The notes under the pieces were generated by a model. It made no database searches, had not been told where the DNA came from, and saw nothing but the letters and a program-made list of their open reading frames with translations. The translations under genes and the position numbers were made by a program. DNA of 63,925 nucleotides, the filler included, from Trichomonas gallinae (Eukaryota), in assembly GCA_008369845.1 (NCBI GenBank). It is 8 parts of 8 records of this genome, joined end to end, with 100 filler letters (N's around TTAATTAATTAA, not from the genome) between each part and the next. Parts side by side here need not be neighbours in the genome. Positions count along the whole stretch, not along the records: positions 1 to 26,273 come from MRSU01000555.1; positions 26,374 to 32,953 come from MRSU01000556.1; positions 33,054 to 37,202 come from MRSU01000557.1; 5 more parts are not named here. The stretch is one strand, 5' to 3'. Shown piece after piece: positions 22,648-33,644 of this stretch. Numbering within the stretch: the first letter of the stretch is position 1; each line of letters opens with the position of its first letter.

Positions 22648-23883
22648 TTACAATTGGTCTTCAACAGATGTAACTATTATTCTTCCTTCATATCTTCTTC
22701 CTGCCAAATGGATTTGTGCGCGTTTGGCTGCTTCGGGGGAGTCATACTGCAGCTTAATAACGCCATAATCGCTTTGGAATGGCAGTGGTTCAAGTTTGCA
22801 ATCGAGAATGCGGCCATACTTTTGGCATTCTTCTGTGATGTCGGTCAAAAACTCAGCTGTAAGCTCTTGGTCCATCAAGACGTATTCTTTTGCAATATTA
22901 TATAAGCATAAAACTGTTTCTGTTCCAATTTGAGCTTCTTCTGTAGAGCTTTGTATAATAGTCGATGCTGGAAGATCTACGTTGAGAACATCAGCAATGC
23001 AAGCGTTTTTGATCAAATTCTCGTTGACAACACTTACAAACTGCGATGGACCAGCATACAACTGGCACTGTCTTCTTTCCATTTCTGTCTGTATGTTTGG
23101 AAAAGCAGAAACTGGGAGAAATGATGGGCGAATGATAATTTTCTCATTATTAGAGAGTTGAATGTCTGTAACTGCATTGTATACAAGTGTGTCATTAGTT
23201 AAAGTAACTATGGCATAATTGCAGCCATTTGGAATGAAAATCTTTGAAACTAGATATTTTGGTTCGAAAATTTCATAAATTGCTTTTTCATCAATCGTTT
23301 GATTAAGGAATTCAACGTAAATCGTGTCTTTAAGCTGGTTCTCGTCGATTGAGAAAGAAACAATATCAGAACTGAAATGTGAATTATCAGGCCAAAGAAT
23401 GTGGATGTCACGTCCATTATAGATTAGTGTTTTTCCAATGGATACGGCAGCTTCGGCTGTGTTTTGGCTCTTGAAAGTAATATAACCATCAAAAGATTCT
23501 GGGCGAAATTCAATAAGTTCGATAGGATTTGGATCTGAAATTAATTTCTTTTTCAGTAATTGCTGAACAACGAAGTGTCCAAGCATTTCTGCTGACATAT
23601 CAGGTGGAATGTTGATTGCCATGACTCTTCGCTTTGAGGTTGCGCTTTGAGGATTCTTCATTGAACTTGGGAAAATAATGCCGCCAAGTGGTTTGATTTT
23701 CTCGACAAGTTTTGTAATTTCGGGATGATTTGGAGCATAATAGCCTGGCGGCATGCCAATTGTATAGCCCATTGACTCATATTCATCTGGAGAAGTGAAC
23801 CAGCCTCCTCTTAATTGAGTGAAATTTTTAAATCCAAAATCATTCATTGTTGAAGTTAAAATTTGACTTGTCAAATAAATCAT
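22648..23883 (-). CDS. U2AF65-like RRM/UHM splicing-factor protein (start may be 23847)
   Basis: RRM1 KRRVMAINIPP...GYITF; C-terminal UHM TETVLCLYNI...DITEECQKYGRI...GVIKLQY...AAKRAQIHLAGRRYEGRIIVT, typical of the U2AF large subunit. Confidence 0.8.
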   Translation of the reverse strand: MIYLTSQILTSTMNDFGFKNFTQLRGGWFTSPDEYESMGYTIGMPPGYYAPNHPEITKLVEKIKPLGGIIFPSSMKNPQSATSKRRVMAINIPPDMSAEMLGHFVVQQLLKKKLISDPNPIELIEFRPESFDGYITFKSQNTAEAAVSIGKTLIYNGRDIHILWPDNSHFSSDIVSFSIDENQLKDTIYVEFLNQTIDEKAIYEIFEPKYLVSKIFIPNGCNYAIVTLTNDTLVYNAVTDIQLSNNEKIIIRPSFLPVSAFPNIQTEMERRQCQLYAGPSQFVSVVNENLIKNACIADVLNVDLPASTIIQSSTEEAQIGTETVLCLYNIAKEYVLMDQELTAEFLTDITEECQKYGRILDCKLEPLPFQSDYGVIKLQYDSPEAAKRAQIHLAGRRYEGRIIVTSVEDQL

Positions 23884-24105
23884 CAGGCAAAATTATTATT
23901 ATTTTGACATGTAAAAACTGGTGTGTCAGAAAAAAAAGTTATAGGGTTTATTTTTAAAAATGGTTATATGTTTTAGTTCATTAGGCTGTGAATAGCAGGT
24001 GTTATGTGAGATAGTTAGCCTTGTAATGAGTATTATAGAAAAATCGTATGATAATTGTTTTTGTCATGTAAAAATTTATGAGTCAGATAAAAATGTGACA
24101 ATATA

Positions 24106-24483
24106 ATGGAGCACATTTTAGATGAATTGGTAGGAAATTGCACAGGAGCTGCAATTCTTAGTAACACAGGTATAGTTTGGTTCACTACACCTGGTTTCTT
24201 TACAAATACAAGTGAATTTCAAAATTTTGCCAATATTTTTGTTCCAAATAGCAAAAGTATATATGATGGCATCAATTTTCAAAATCAGATATATTTAACA
24301 CTCACATTATCAGATGAAATTTATATTGGAACGACAAATACAAGTCATGTTATCATGTGTAAATGCGATAATTGTATAGTATTCGCCTATGATGAAAATA
24401 AAACAACATACGACAAACTACATCAAGTGACTATGAAGATAGCTCAAGAAATACGTGAAAATCATTTAGATCAAGAAGATTAA
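24106..24483 (+). CDS. Profilin-like protein
   Basis: 125 aa; ILDELVGNCTGAAILSNTGIVW...PGF and GINFQNQIY follow the profilin pattern (aAI.g.dG.vWA....F; G..l.G.kY). Confidence 0.65.
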   Translation: MEHILDELVGNCTGAAILSNTGIVWFTTPGFFTNTSEFQNFANIFVPNSKSIYDGINFQNQIYLTLTLSDEIYIGTTNTSHVIMCKCDNCIVFAYDENKTTYDKLHQVTMKIAQEIRENHLDQED

Positions 24484-24571
24484 GTATAATACGTGCGATT
24501 TTCCTTATTTATCATGTTTTGTTTTATAAAGAATAAAAAGTACTGAAAGTTTATGAACAAAATAAAATACA

Positions 24572-25705
24572 TTATATATCAGGAACAATTGTTGTAATTT
24601 CTTCGAATGTCATTAAGTACAATGGGCACATTGTGAATTCATTTAGTGTCGATGGAGCACACCAACGAAGTCCAGCGAAGAATAATGATATAATTCGCGG
24701 ATCTTGAATAGCAATTAAAGCAGATCCAAGGATTGCTCTCGCTTGTCTGTAGCTCTTTGATGCTCTAATTACATCCTTTCCGGCATTGTTTAATTTAACA
24801 ATCAACTCATCAACGCTCTCGAAGAATAAGCAATCAAGAAGAGCATCTTTGATTTTTTCTGGTAATTCTCCTTCCTCAGCGAAATCTGATACGGAAATAT
24901 TTTCACCGAACATGGCACTGGCTTCATCGAACTTTTTAATGAACTTCGGGCAGATTGTTTTCGCATCTTTAATAATTTCGTCTTCGTAAATCTTTGCGAC
25001 ATATGGGAGAATGATTCCTAGGAGCTCATTCTTATCGAAATTCGTGAAAACTTTGGCAGCTGCTGCAGCAATTACTGATGCATCTTTCTGAAGTCCGCCT
25101 TTAAGACCATTTTCAAACGCACCATCTTCCGAAAACACTATAGCAAGAATAACTCCGATATTGTCAAGTGTCGTTGCTTCAATATCAGCTTCTTGGAATG
25201 CATTTTGAATTGCATCTACAACTTCTTTAGGAGCTTTGCTGGCAACTGGAATATTCACTCTGGATGAGACCTTTAGCTGTTCTGCGAAGTTTTGATATAC
25301 TTTCCAAAGTTCAGAATTGTATAATTTGTGTTGTTCAATTGTTAACAGCTTAACTGCTTTTTCAATGTTTGATTTGCGTAAACCTGGACGTCTGAATTTT
25401 CTAAGAAGTCTTTCTTGTAGCATTTCTGAATTCTTTGCGGAATTTTTATATTCATCGATTTCTTTTTGTTTTAGATTCAACCATTCAGGCGGATTTTCTG
25501 GTGATTTGAGGAATTTGGGGATTGTCAATGGTAAATATGTATGGCGAACTACAAGCAAAGCATCATCAATTTTCGATAAACAATCCTCACAGTTAATTTC
25601 ATATTGCGCGGCATCAATAGAACTGCTAGTATACATGTTGTGTTGTTTCTTTAAGTATTTCAGGCCATTTTCAATAGCAGCAATGCTTTCTTCAAAAGAA
25701 TTCAT
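24572..25705 (-). CDS. Hypothetical helical protein
   Basis: 377-aa ORF; Inr TCATT just upstream on the minus strand. Confidence 0.75.
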   Translation of the reverse strand: MNSFEESIAAIENGLKYLKKQHNMYTSSSIDAAQYEINCEDCLSKIDDALLVVRHTYLPLTIPKFLKSPENPPEWLNLKQKEIDEYKNSAKNSEMLQERLLRKFRRPGLRKSNIEKAVKLLTIEQHKLYNSELWKVYQNFAEQLKVSSRVNIPVASKAPKEVVDAIQNAFQEADIEATTLDNIGVILAIVFSEDGAFENGLKGGLQKDASVIAAAAAKVFTNFDKNELLGIILPYVAKIYEDEIIKDAKTICPKFIKKFDEASAMFGENISVSDFAEEGELPEKIKDALLDCLFFESVDELIVKLNNAGKDVIRASKSYRQARAILGSALIAIQDPRIISLFFAGLRWCAPSTLNEFTMCPLYLMTFEEITTIVPDI

Positions 25706-26207
25706 TTAGAATGAAATTTTGACACCTTTTTATATAAGGTTAATTTTGCTCTTCACCGCATTGTTGTATTCACAATAGGATATGATAAAGGCAATATTTA
25801 TATTGTTTCTAGGTCAATGAACATATATAGATGATAGAAATATATATATACGCTCATGATTTTTCAAATCAATATCGTTTATATGTAATTATTTTATTTA
25901 AACATTGTATCAATACCATTCGATTGTTTTAGGTTAACAGTCATATACAAAACATACAAATAGTTATATGCTCAAGGTGATAGATTTATATGGAAGTTTT
26001 CGTTTTTTTGACACGTAAAATTTTGATCATAAAAAGGGGGCTGCAGCATAATCGCAAATTATTGCTTCAACAATTACTATCAATTTGTTTTACATGCCTT
26101 AAATATTACTTTTTCTCAATCGCGTTTGATTGCTTATATACGGGACAGTCACACTTGTTTGAGAAATAGAAAAATTTTGGCATCAACACATTCGCCTTTT
26201 TTAAGAG

Positions 26208-26273
26208 ATGTTTTTCGGTGCTATCGCAGTTCTGCTCCATCGTGTGAGGTCGATATATCTTGGAATATCCCCA
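26208..26273 (+). CDS. 5' fragment of a signal-peptide protein truncated by a gap (possibly TM9SF/EMP70-like)
   Basis: MFFGAIAVLLHRVRSIYLGISP runs into the N gap. IYLGISP resembles the TM9 FYLPGVAP motif. Confidence 0.35.
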
Positions 26274-26373
26274 NNNNNNNNNNNNNNNNNNNNNNNNNNN
26301 NNNNNNNNNNNNNNNNNTTAATTAATTAANNNNNNNNNNNNNNNNNNNNNNNNNNNNNNNNNNNNNNNNNNNN
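26274..26373. other. Artificial contig linker N44-TTAATTAATTAA-N44 (also 32954-33053, 37203-37302, 40580-40679, 42916-43015, 55303-55402, 59897-59996)
   Basis: An identical 100-nt spacer with stops in all six frames occurs seven times. Confidence 0.98.
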
Positions 26374-26539
26374 TTTGGAACGTTAGATGGAGCTGCAGGA
26401 GGCGTTTTTATCATGTCACTTTTAAAATTTTCCCAAAAAGTGGAGTTTCCCCCTTTTTATTAGACCACTATAAAATTTATCATTGAAGGTATATGAGGCA
26501 AAACCAGGTCGGAAGCATCACCCTACATCTCAAATTATT

Positions 26540-27000
26540 GATATTTACATGTCAAATTTTATTTAACATTATTTCGTAATCATTTGAAAGATAAGCAAAA
26601 AATAAATATATTTGAACTATAATTGTCAAAAATAATGAATTTTTGTCAACTTTTGAAACAATACATGACAAAATGAATTTGAATTTTCATTGTCAAAAAC
26701 GATGAGCTCCAACCACAAAGTCGATAATTTACATGACAAAATTGATTTAAAACACTATCTTTATTATTTTAAATATAAACTAAAATAGTATAAAATTAAA
26801 TGAATTTGAATTTTTATTGTCAAAATGAACGAATTTCTGTCAAACTATTGATAATCTACATGTCAAAATATATTTTGTATTATTTCTTTATTATTACAAA
26901 GATAAGCTAAAATGGTATAAAACTAAATGAATTTGGATTTATTTTGTCAAAAACGATGGATTTGAGTCAAAATTTTGGTAATTTACATGGCAAAAATTTA
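26540..27000. repeat. Degenerate ~127-bp tandem repeat rich in TTTACATG(T/A)CAAAA and TTGTCAAAA motifs
   Basis: Units anchored on (T)TACATGWCAAAA at about 26544, 26662, 26728, 26857 and 26982, sharing AAATGAATTTG..TT..TTGTCAAAA and AAAGATAAGC blocks. Confidence 0.7.
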
Positions 27001-27141
27001 ATGTAAACAAATGTAACAAAAAGTTTGATTATGTAAGCTATTCAAATCTTTACAACTCGGAGAAAATCCATAATTAAGCGATTGATTTGATGTAAGCACT
27101 GTATAACGGATGTAAATGACTAAACTTTTGACAAAATTTAA

Positions 27142-29265
27142 ATGTCTAAATCGCGAATTTCTAATCCACGAGCAGCCAGTACTGCTTCGAGAAAATCCCT
27201 TGGAGCAAGATCAGCATCTGGCGCACAGAACATGATATCATCACTCACTTACAAACAAGTGCGTGCAAAATCGAAAGCTTCTAAAATGTCGAGTTTTGAA
27301 AGATTAAATCCACTCCTTCCATCGAAAAATGCAGATATTCCTAAAGAAAAACGTCTCGAGAATCTTATTTCTACATTTCCTAGTAAATTAAATCCGTTTT
27401 TAATCGAAGATTCGGCAAATCAATTGGAATACTTTGACATTTACAAATCTCTGAAAGCAAAAGTCAATGATAAGAAAGAATTCTGGAAATCTTGGTTCGA
27501 ATTCAAGAATAAATTCATTACTGATGTTGAAAATGCGAAGGATGACTATGAAAGCACTCGAGCACCAGTTAAAGCCATACAAACAGTCAGAGAAAATTTT
27601 AACAAGTTCTCATCTGAGATTTCTGAAGTTAGAAACAATCAAAGCAATAAATTTAAGAAATATTACGCAAACAAGTTCAAAGAACTGATGGAGAGTTTCA
27701 ATCAGATACACAAAATCATTGATGTACAATTAAATCGTCACTCTGACTTAAAATTGTTTATTCGCGATCTTCAATTCATTATTATTCAGCTTAAAACATT
27801 CCACGACCAACTCCATATTGAACACGACAGATTCTTCGCAGAACCTTTCGACCCACAATACACAAATGTTCAGCCATCGAAAAATCAAATAATTTCGATG
27901 GTTTTGGCACCGATAAAGGAGACTATTTCTTATTTGACGATGTTCATGAACCCATTGTCTGTCATTGACGAGGCGAGAAAAGCAATAGAAAAGCAAGAAG
28001 AACTAATTATTAATATTATTGGCGAGCCAACGGTAAAAGCGCAAGATAGCTATAGAAAAACTGACAATAACTCAAGCCAAAATGAAATCAACGACTTTCG
28101 TGAGATTGTTCAAGAGTTAGAAGAACAACAAGCAAATCTCAATGAAGAACTTGATGCTGAGATAAAGAAAAAGGAGGAAAAGATCGAAGAAATAGCTAAA
28201 AGGACTGAAGAGTGGGAGAAGGAGAAGAAACGACTTGAAATCGAATTAAAATCTTTATCTACTTCAGATAACAGTCCAGAGAATCAAGCTAAGCGCATTA
28301 AAAGTCTTGAAAAGCAAATTGAAGAAAAAGAAGCCGAATTGGCGAAATTCGATAAATCAAAGATGAAAAAGCAATATAAAGAGAAAGAGGCTGAATTCGA
28401 AGAAAAGAGAAAAGAGTTTAAAGAGATACAAACAGACATAATCTACCAAAGAGCTCGAATTCAAGCAAAAGTTGATAATCTTGATACAGAAGAGCAAAAG
28501 GAGCCATACAAGCATTACTCTAAACTAGTGAAGGAAGTCTTATCTCTCGAGAACCAGTTAGAAGTCTTACAAATTGCTACAAATGGATTTAGAAATTTCA
28601 TGAAAAATTTCAAGCAGCATAACCTCAAAATACAAGAAATAGATAATCCACAGGATAGACTGGCCATTGAAATCGAAAAGAACGAAAATAAATTCAAATA
28701 TATCGATGATTTAATCAGAGACGATAAATTGCTCAAAGACAAGCTTTTACAGGCCCGTTCAGAGATGGCCCTCTCATATGCAGTCGAAGAATTCTACAGC
28801 GAGCAAGGAAAGAAGTATAATCGCACAATTCGCCGTCTAAAAGCGATGATCAAAGAAGATCCTAACGCAGAAGATACTCGCCCAGTGTTTCTGGCTTGGG
28901 CTGAGGCTCTAGCTAAGAATGCTGACATTGCTGATCTTCAATGCAAAATTGATTCGATTGTTGGCGGCGAAGAAGGCGCAAATACTTCCCAAAACATCAA
29001 AGATCGCGTGAATCAGTCTATGGTCAGTGTTTCAGCAAGAGAAAAAGCTCTTGCTCACGCAATTAAATGTGCTCAGGAAGGAAACGTCGAGAAAATAAAC
29101 AGGCAAATACACAAGGTACAGAAGGAAACAGAGCAGCTCAAGAATGAGCTCTCCAGCTATGAGTCAATGATTAAGAAGATTGAAACTAAACTAAAGATAA
29201 ATGGAGAAGGTTGCGCAATCAATGACCGAATTGCTGCAATTAATGTTGTTTTGTCACATAAATAA
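27142..29265 (+). CDS. Hypothetical coiled-coil protein
   Basis: 707-aa ORF with long K/E heptad regions. Confidence 0.85.
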   Translation: MSKSRISNPRAASTASRKSLGARSASGAQNMISSLTYKQVRAKSKASKMSSFERLNPLLPSKNADIPKEKRLENLISTFPSKLNPFLIEDSANQLEYFDIYKSLKAKVNDKKEFWKSWFEFKNKFITDVENAKDDYESTRAPVKAIQTVRENFNKFSSEISEVRNNQSNKFKKYYANKFKELMESFNQIHKIIDVQLNRHSDLKLFIRDLQFIIIQLKTFHDQLHIEHDRFFAEPFDPQYTNVQPSKNQIISMVLAPIKETISYLTMFMNPLSVIDEARKAIEKQEELIINIIGEPTVKAQDSYRKTDNNSSQNEINDFREIVQELEEQQANLNEELDAEIKKKEEKIEEIAKRTEEWEKEKKRLEIELKSLSTSDNSPENQAKRIKSLEKQIEEKEAELAKFDKSKMKKQYKEKEAEFEEKRKEFKEIQTDIIYQRARIQAKVDNLDTEEQKEPYKHYSKLVKEVLSLENQLEVLQIATNGFRNFMKNFKQHNLKIQEIDNPQDRLAIEIEKNENKFKYIDDLIRDDKLLKDKLLQARSEMALSYAVEEFYSEQGKKYNRTIRRLKAMIKEDPNAEDTRPVFLAWAEALAKNADIADLQCKIDSIVGGEEGANTSQNIKDRVNQSMVSVSAREKALAHAIKCAQEGNVEKINRQIHKVQKETEQLKNELSSYESMIKKIETKLKINGEGCAINDRIAAINVVLSHK

Positions 29266-30004
29266 AAATTATGTTTTTAAAATTGATATAATACTGCCAT
29301 TTTAGGAATGATTCTGACTTATATCATTGTAATTTGAGCTTTTTAATGTGTTTCAATATATTGGAATTTTCAAATTACTGTCAATATATATTTATTTTAT
29401 CATCTACAGCAGAATTATGGATTGAAAATATCATTTTCGTTTAGCTTAATGATCTAAGAGTGATATTTAGCGAGTTTTTGATGCTTTTTTTGTAAAAATG
29501 TCAATTTTTAGGAGAATATAATATTGTAAAATTTACTTTATTTCATCATTTTTATCAAAATTGACAATTATTCATCGAAAACAAATTAATTCATTTAGAT
29601 TTATTATTTGAATAAATCCAAAATATCCGGAAATTATTACTAAATAACTCGAATTTAAAATTGCAGTATTTATATGATTCATTAAAAATCGATTTGCAAA
29701 GACAGAAAACAGTTATATATAGCTTCTCTTCACTTTATTACACTCATACAAAATTGATATTAAATAAAAATTATTTTTATCATTCAAAACTTATCAATGA
29801 AAATTTACAAGAAAATAAGGCATATTTATTATTATTCATCAGCAAAAATCAGCACAAGATTTTTTTGTCAAATAAATATAATTTACACGCCAAATTATGC
29901 TTTACATGACAAAATAAATTAATTTACATGACAATTTTATCAATTTTACACGTCAAATACAATAATTTACATGTCAGACAAGAAAAAGTGTACGTTTATA
30001 AAAA

Positions 30005-32761
30005 ATGACTGATTTGAAGCCTTCACCGGATACATCAACACATCCGGCGATTGTCAGCCTCAAGCAGCTTCTAGACCAAGGACAAATTAGCGACGAATTG
30101 TATAAACGCTATGCTTTCCTTTTCAATAAGCTTAATTCAGCTTTCATTCTTTCCTGCAACAACGAACAATCGATTTACCGCAAAGTTCACGAATACAACA
30201 AGCAGCTGAAGAACCAGAAGCTGACAATTTCCAGTTCTGTTGAAACACAACAGGATAATCGAATTCGAATGGGCGAATTAAGACAGTATGTCACTAATAT
30301 TCAAGTAGAATTAGATTCAGTTGAGCAAAAAACAATAGAAATAGTGAGAAATACAGACATGAAAAACCACGAAATCGAAAAATTGGAAGCAAAAATCGCA
30401 AAACAGAAGGAAGAGGCAGAAATGAATATGGATCCTATTACTAAACAGGTATCAGATCAGATTGATGATCTGCAGAAGTCAATAACTCAACTTAGACAAA
30501 AAATTCAAACATTAGTCAAAGAAAACCAAGCAAACAATGAAAAATTCGAACAAATGAAAGCAAAACTCGACGAAATACATCAGAAACGCATCGAAGCAAA
30601 CATGAGACTTACAGAAATCGGAATTGCGCCAACAAAAGTCAGAGCGCAATCGAATACAATCAATCAGGAGCATTTAACATTACTTGCTGAAGAAAAGACA
30701 GCTAATAACGAATATGCCGATCTCACAGCTAAACTAGATAAAGAATTAGCAAAAATCGACGGACAAAATCAAGAAATAACTGATATTGAGAATGGAACAG
30801 TCGCAGAACATGATGAAACTGTGAAAATACGAATGAATAACGACGAAATTCGCTATAAAATTGCAAATCTAATTGATAAGAAAAATCAGCTCAAAATGGA
30901 AAGAATTCATCTGGATAAACTCGTTAGAGAGGAAGTTTATGCTCAATCGCAGATACAGCTACGTGTTGATGGCTTAATTAAGAAGATTGCAGCAAATGAA
31001 AAAAATTGTTTAGCATTAGAAGAGTCTATAACAAAATTGAATTCAGAGACAGAATCAATGAGATATTCCCTAAAGAAAATAAACGAAGATAAAGCATTAG
31101 AACTCGACAGGGCAACGAAATTCGATAATGATCTTAAAGAAGTGAATAAACGCGTTCAAGAGATGCTCAGATCGTTAATCAAGTCAGAAAATATCTCAAA
31201 ACAACTCGCTCAAGACATAGCACAAGCAATTCGTGAAGGAAATTCAAATCAATTAAAATTAGAAAGATTAACGCAAGAACAATATGACTTAAACGCACAA
31301 GAGTCAGAAACAGCATTGATTAGAGACAGAAAAGCACGCGAATACGCTCAAATGATTCGAAAAATTGCAGAAACTAAGCATAAAGCACAAGAAAAGCAGT
31401 TAGATTTCCTCGACACATGCAAGAAAGCTGAGCAACTCGCTGTTAGACAGCAAGATCTCGCTTATTTATACGAAAATGTGAAAGTTGATCGAAACAGATT
31501 TATTTCAATTATTCAAAGCTCATCCCAGCTGATTACTGAGCTGAAGGAGAAGATAAAAATCATAGAAAATGAAGGAAATGTCTTGTCCAACGAATTTAAT
31601 AAATTTGTTATCGATTGTAAAAGGACAAAGGCAGATTTAACAAATGCGATAAAGAAGCGTGAGCACACAATAGAGGACTTGAACGAAGCAACAAGAGTTT
31701 TTAATGAGTATGAACAACAAATCGATTTTCAAGTTGCTGAAACAACGAGAATGGCTAAGATTTTGCAGAGTTTAGAGCTCCAAATCCTCAACCAGCAGCA
31801 AAGATATGCATTAAATGCTGATGATTGCATGGATAAAAGAAGATTATTGATTGATAAGCAAGATGCGCTTTGCATCCTTGCAGAACAGCTGTCTAAGAAC
31901 GAAGAAATCCTTAAAGACGGTGAAAAAATGCTTAAAGAAAAAGATGAAGATATTAAAATGCTTAAGTTGCAATTGAACGATTTTGAGCGCAGTATAGAAC
32001 TTGCATATAAGAAGGTTCCTCAAATACGCGAAGCTGATGAACAAATCAAAGAATTAAAATGGGATTTAGAAAATCAGCAAAAAGCAGTTAAAGAGTTATC
32101 AAAGAAACTGGAAAATCCATCAGAACAAGACAGAAAGCGTCAATACATCGGTGCAGATATTTCTCTCAAAGAAATCAAGAAGAAAATCGCATCATATGAA
32201 GACAGAATTTCGAAGAAAGAGCAGCAATTGTGGGAAGCTCAGATCCTTCTCAGAGACATGCAGGACAAGAACTACAAGCTGAACAGTGAGCTAAGAGGCA
32301 CAGGAAAGAATACACAGAGAAAGAAGGCGAAGGCAGGCCAAGTAAAGGCAGATATGATGGCATTAAGGAGAAGGAAGAAAGCCGTCATTAGTGAACTTGC
32401 GGTTGTTGAAGCGCAAAAGATGGAGCTCAACGAAAGGACGAAGAACGTCAAAGAAGAGCTCGTGGATAGTGCAAGGAGGGTCCAAGCTGGCGAGGAGTTT
32501 GATGAATATGCAGGGAAAATGGTTAAGCTACACGAAAGAGATGAAGTTTTGTCAGCGAGAAGGAGAAGAGGAGAAGTTGACGAAGATGAAATCGACGAAT
32601 ATGATGAAGATGCACCTAAAGGAAGACAGAAGTATGACGCATATCCAACAGCCGATGGACTTTCAAGGCCTTATGGTGCTTTCCCAGTTTTCCAGCCAAG
32701 CAAGAACCAAGGCAACTTGAGATACTACAAACGAGAAAAGGAACCAGATATTATTATTTAG
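30005..32761 (+). CDS. CCDC146: CCDC146/MBO2-like axonemal coiled-coil protein
   Basis: 918-aa coiled coil with LYENVKVDRNRF and a C-terminal AYPTADGLSRPYGAFPVFQPSK...LRYY, resembling the conserved CCDC146 tail (AY....LPRPYG..APFKP.....RH). Confidence 0.75.
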   Translation: MTDLKPSPDTSTHPAIVSLKQLLDQGQISDELYKRYAFLFNKLNSAFILSCNNEQSIYRKVHEYNKQLKNQKLTISSSVETQQDNRIRMGELRQYVTNIQVELDSVEQKTIEIVRNTDMKNHEIEKLEAKIAKQKEEAEMNMDPITKQVSDQIDDLQKSITQLRQKIQTLVKENQANNEKFEQMKAKLDEIHQKRIEANMRLTEIGIAPTKVRAQSNTINQEHLTLLAEEKTANNEYADLTAKLDKELAKIDGQNQEITDIENGTVAEHDETVKIRMNNDEIRYKIANLIDKKNQLKMERIHLDKLVREEVYAQSQIQLRVDGLIKKIAANEKNCLALEESITKLNSETESMRYSLKKINEDKALELDRATKFDNDLKEVNKRVQEMLRSLIKSENISKQLAQDIAQAIREGNSNQLKLERLTQEQYDLNAQESETALIRDRKAREYAQMIRKIAETKHKAQEKQLDFLDTCKKAEQLAVRQQDLAYLYENVKVDRNRFISIIQSSSQLITELKEKIKIIENEGNVLSNEFNKFVIDCKRTKADLTNAIKKREHTIEDLNEATRVFNEYEQQIDFQVAETTRMAKILQSLELQILNQQQRYALNADDCMDKRRLLIDKQDALCILAEQLSKNEEILKDGEKMLKEKDEDIKMLKLQLNDFERSIELAYKKVPQIREADEQIKELKWDLENQQKAVKELSKKLENPSEQDRKRQYIGADISLKEIKKKIASYEDRISKKEQQLWEAQILLRDMQDKNYKLNSELRGTGKNTQRKKAKAGQVKADMMALRRRKKAVISELAVVEAQKMELNERTKNVKEELVDSARRVQAGEEFDEYAGKMVKLHERDEVLSARRRRGEVDEDEIDEYDEDAPKGRQKYDAYPTADGLSRPYGAFPVFQPSKNQGNLRYYKREKEPDIII

Positions 32762-33644
32762 TTTATGTTTTGTTTATTATATATATTTGTAAATAGTGTT
32801 GTTGAAATATATTTCCTTCTACCAACAAAACAACGATCTACAAAATTGTCATTAATATCCTTAAGAAAATGAAGTTGTTAAACTCTTTCTCACAGTTCCT
32901 GGAATAGATATATGTAAACACACACATAAAAAAAAAAAAAAAAAAAAAAAAAANNNNNNNNNNNNNNNNNNNNNNNNNNNNNNNNNNNNNNNNNNNNTTA
33001 ATTAATTAANNNNNNNNNNNNNNNNNNNNNNNNNNNNNNNNNNNNNNNNNNNNGGTTATACGAGAGAATATATAGTACATGGTGTATCTAAACATGTTTA
33101 TTATTTTATAATTTATTTAATCTATTATTTGCATCATTTTAAACATTGTTTTTTTTTGAAATGTAAATGACACTTTTTTACTTCAGAAAATTATATCTTT
33201 TAATCCAGATACAAACAATACAATTACTCAGAATCCAAAAGAACAACTATAAAATTGAAATTGAATTGAAAAGTACACCATGGCCGAATTTCTGTGGAAA
33301 AATAACTACTACGCTGTGTAGTGCATGTTGCATTGTGTTGCAATTTCAAAGCTCGGGCTATTTAGTTTTGATAGGCGCTTTTCAAAAAATCCAAAACATT
33401 GAGGTAATTATCAAAAGTAAAACGTGCTTAAGCGTAACATATCTTTCATAGAATCCTTGTTAATATTAATATATCAAAAAGTGAAATCATTACTTTGAAA
33501 ACACTCACAAATATTGAAAACATTTTCAATAATTGTATTAAATCATTGTTTATCATAATATTAAATATTAGACATAATAGATAAATATTTTAATAAAAAT
33601 TTTTCAACGATAAAATAAATAAAAAAAATTCATTTTTGCAGATA

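Noticed and set aside
32927..32953. Poly(A) run at a contig end, a possible retroposon tail
   Set aside because: No recognisable element body, and a TSD cannot be assessed because of the gap. The homopolymer probably caused the break.
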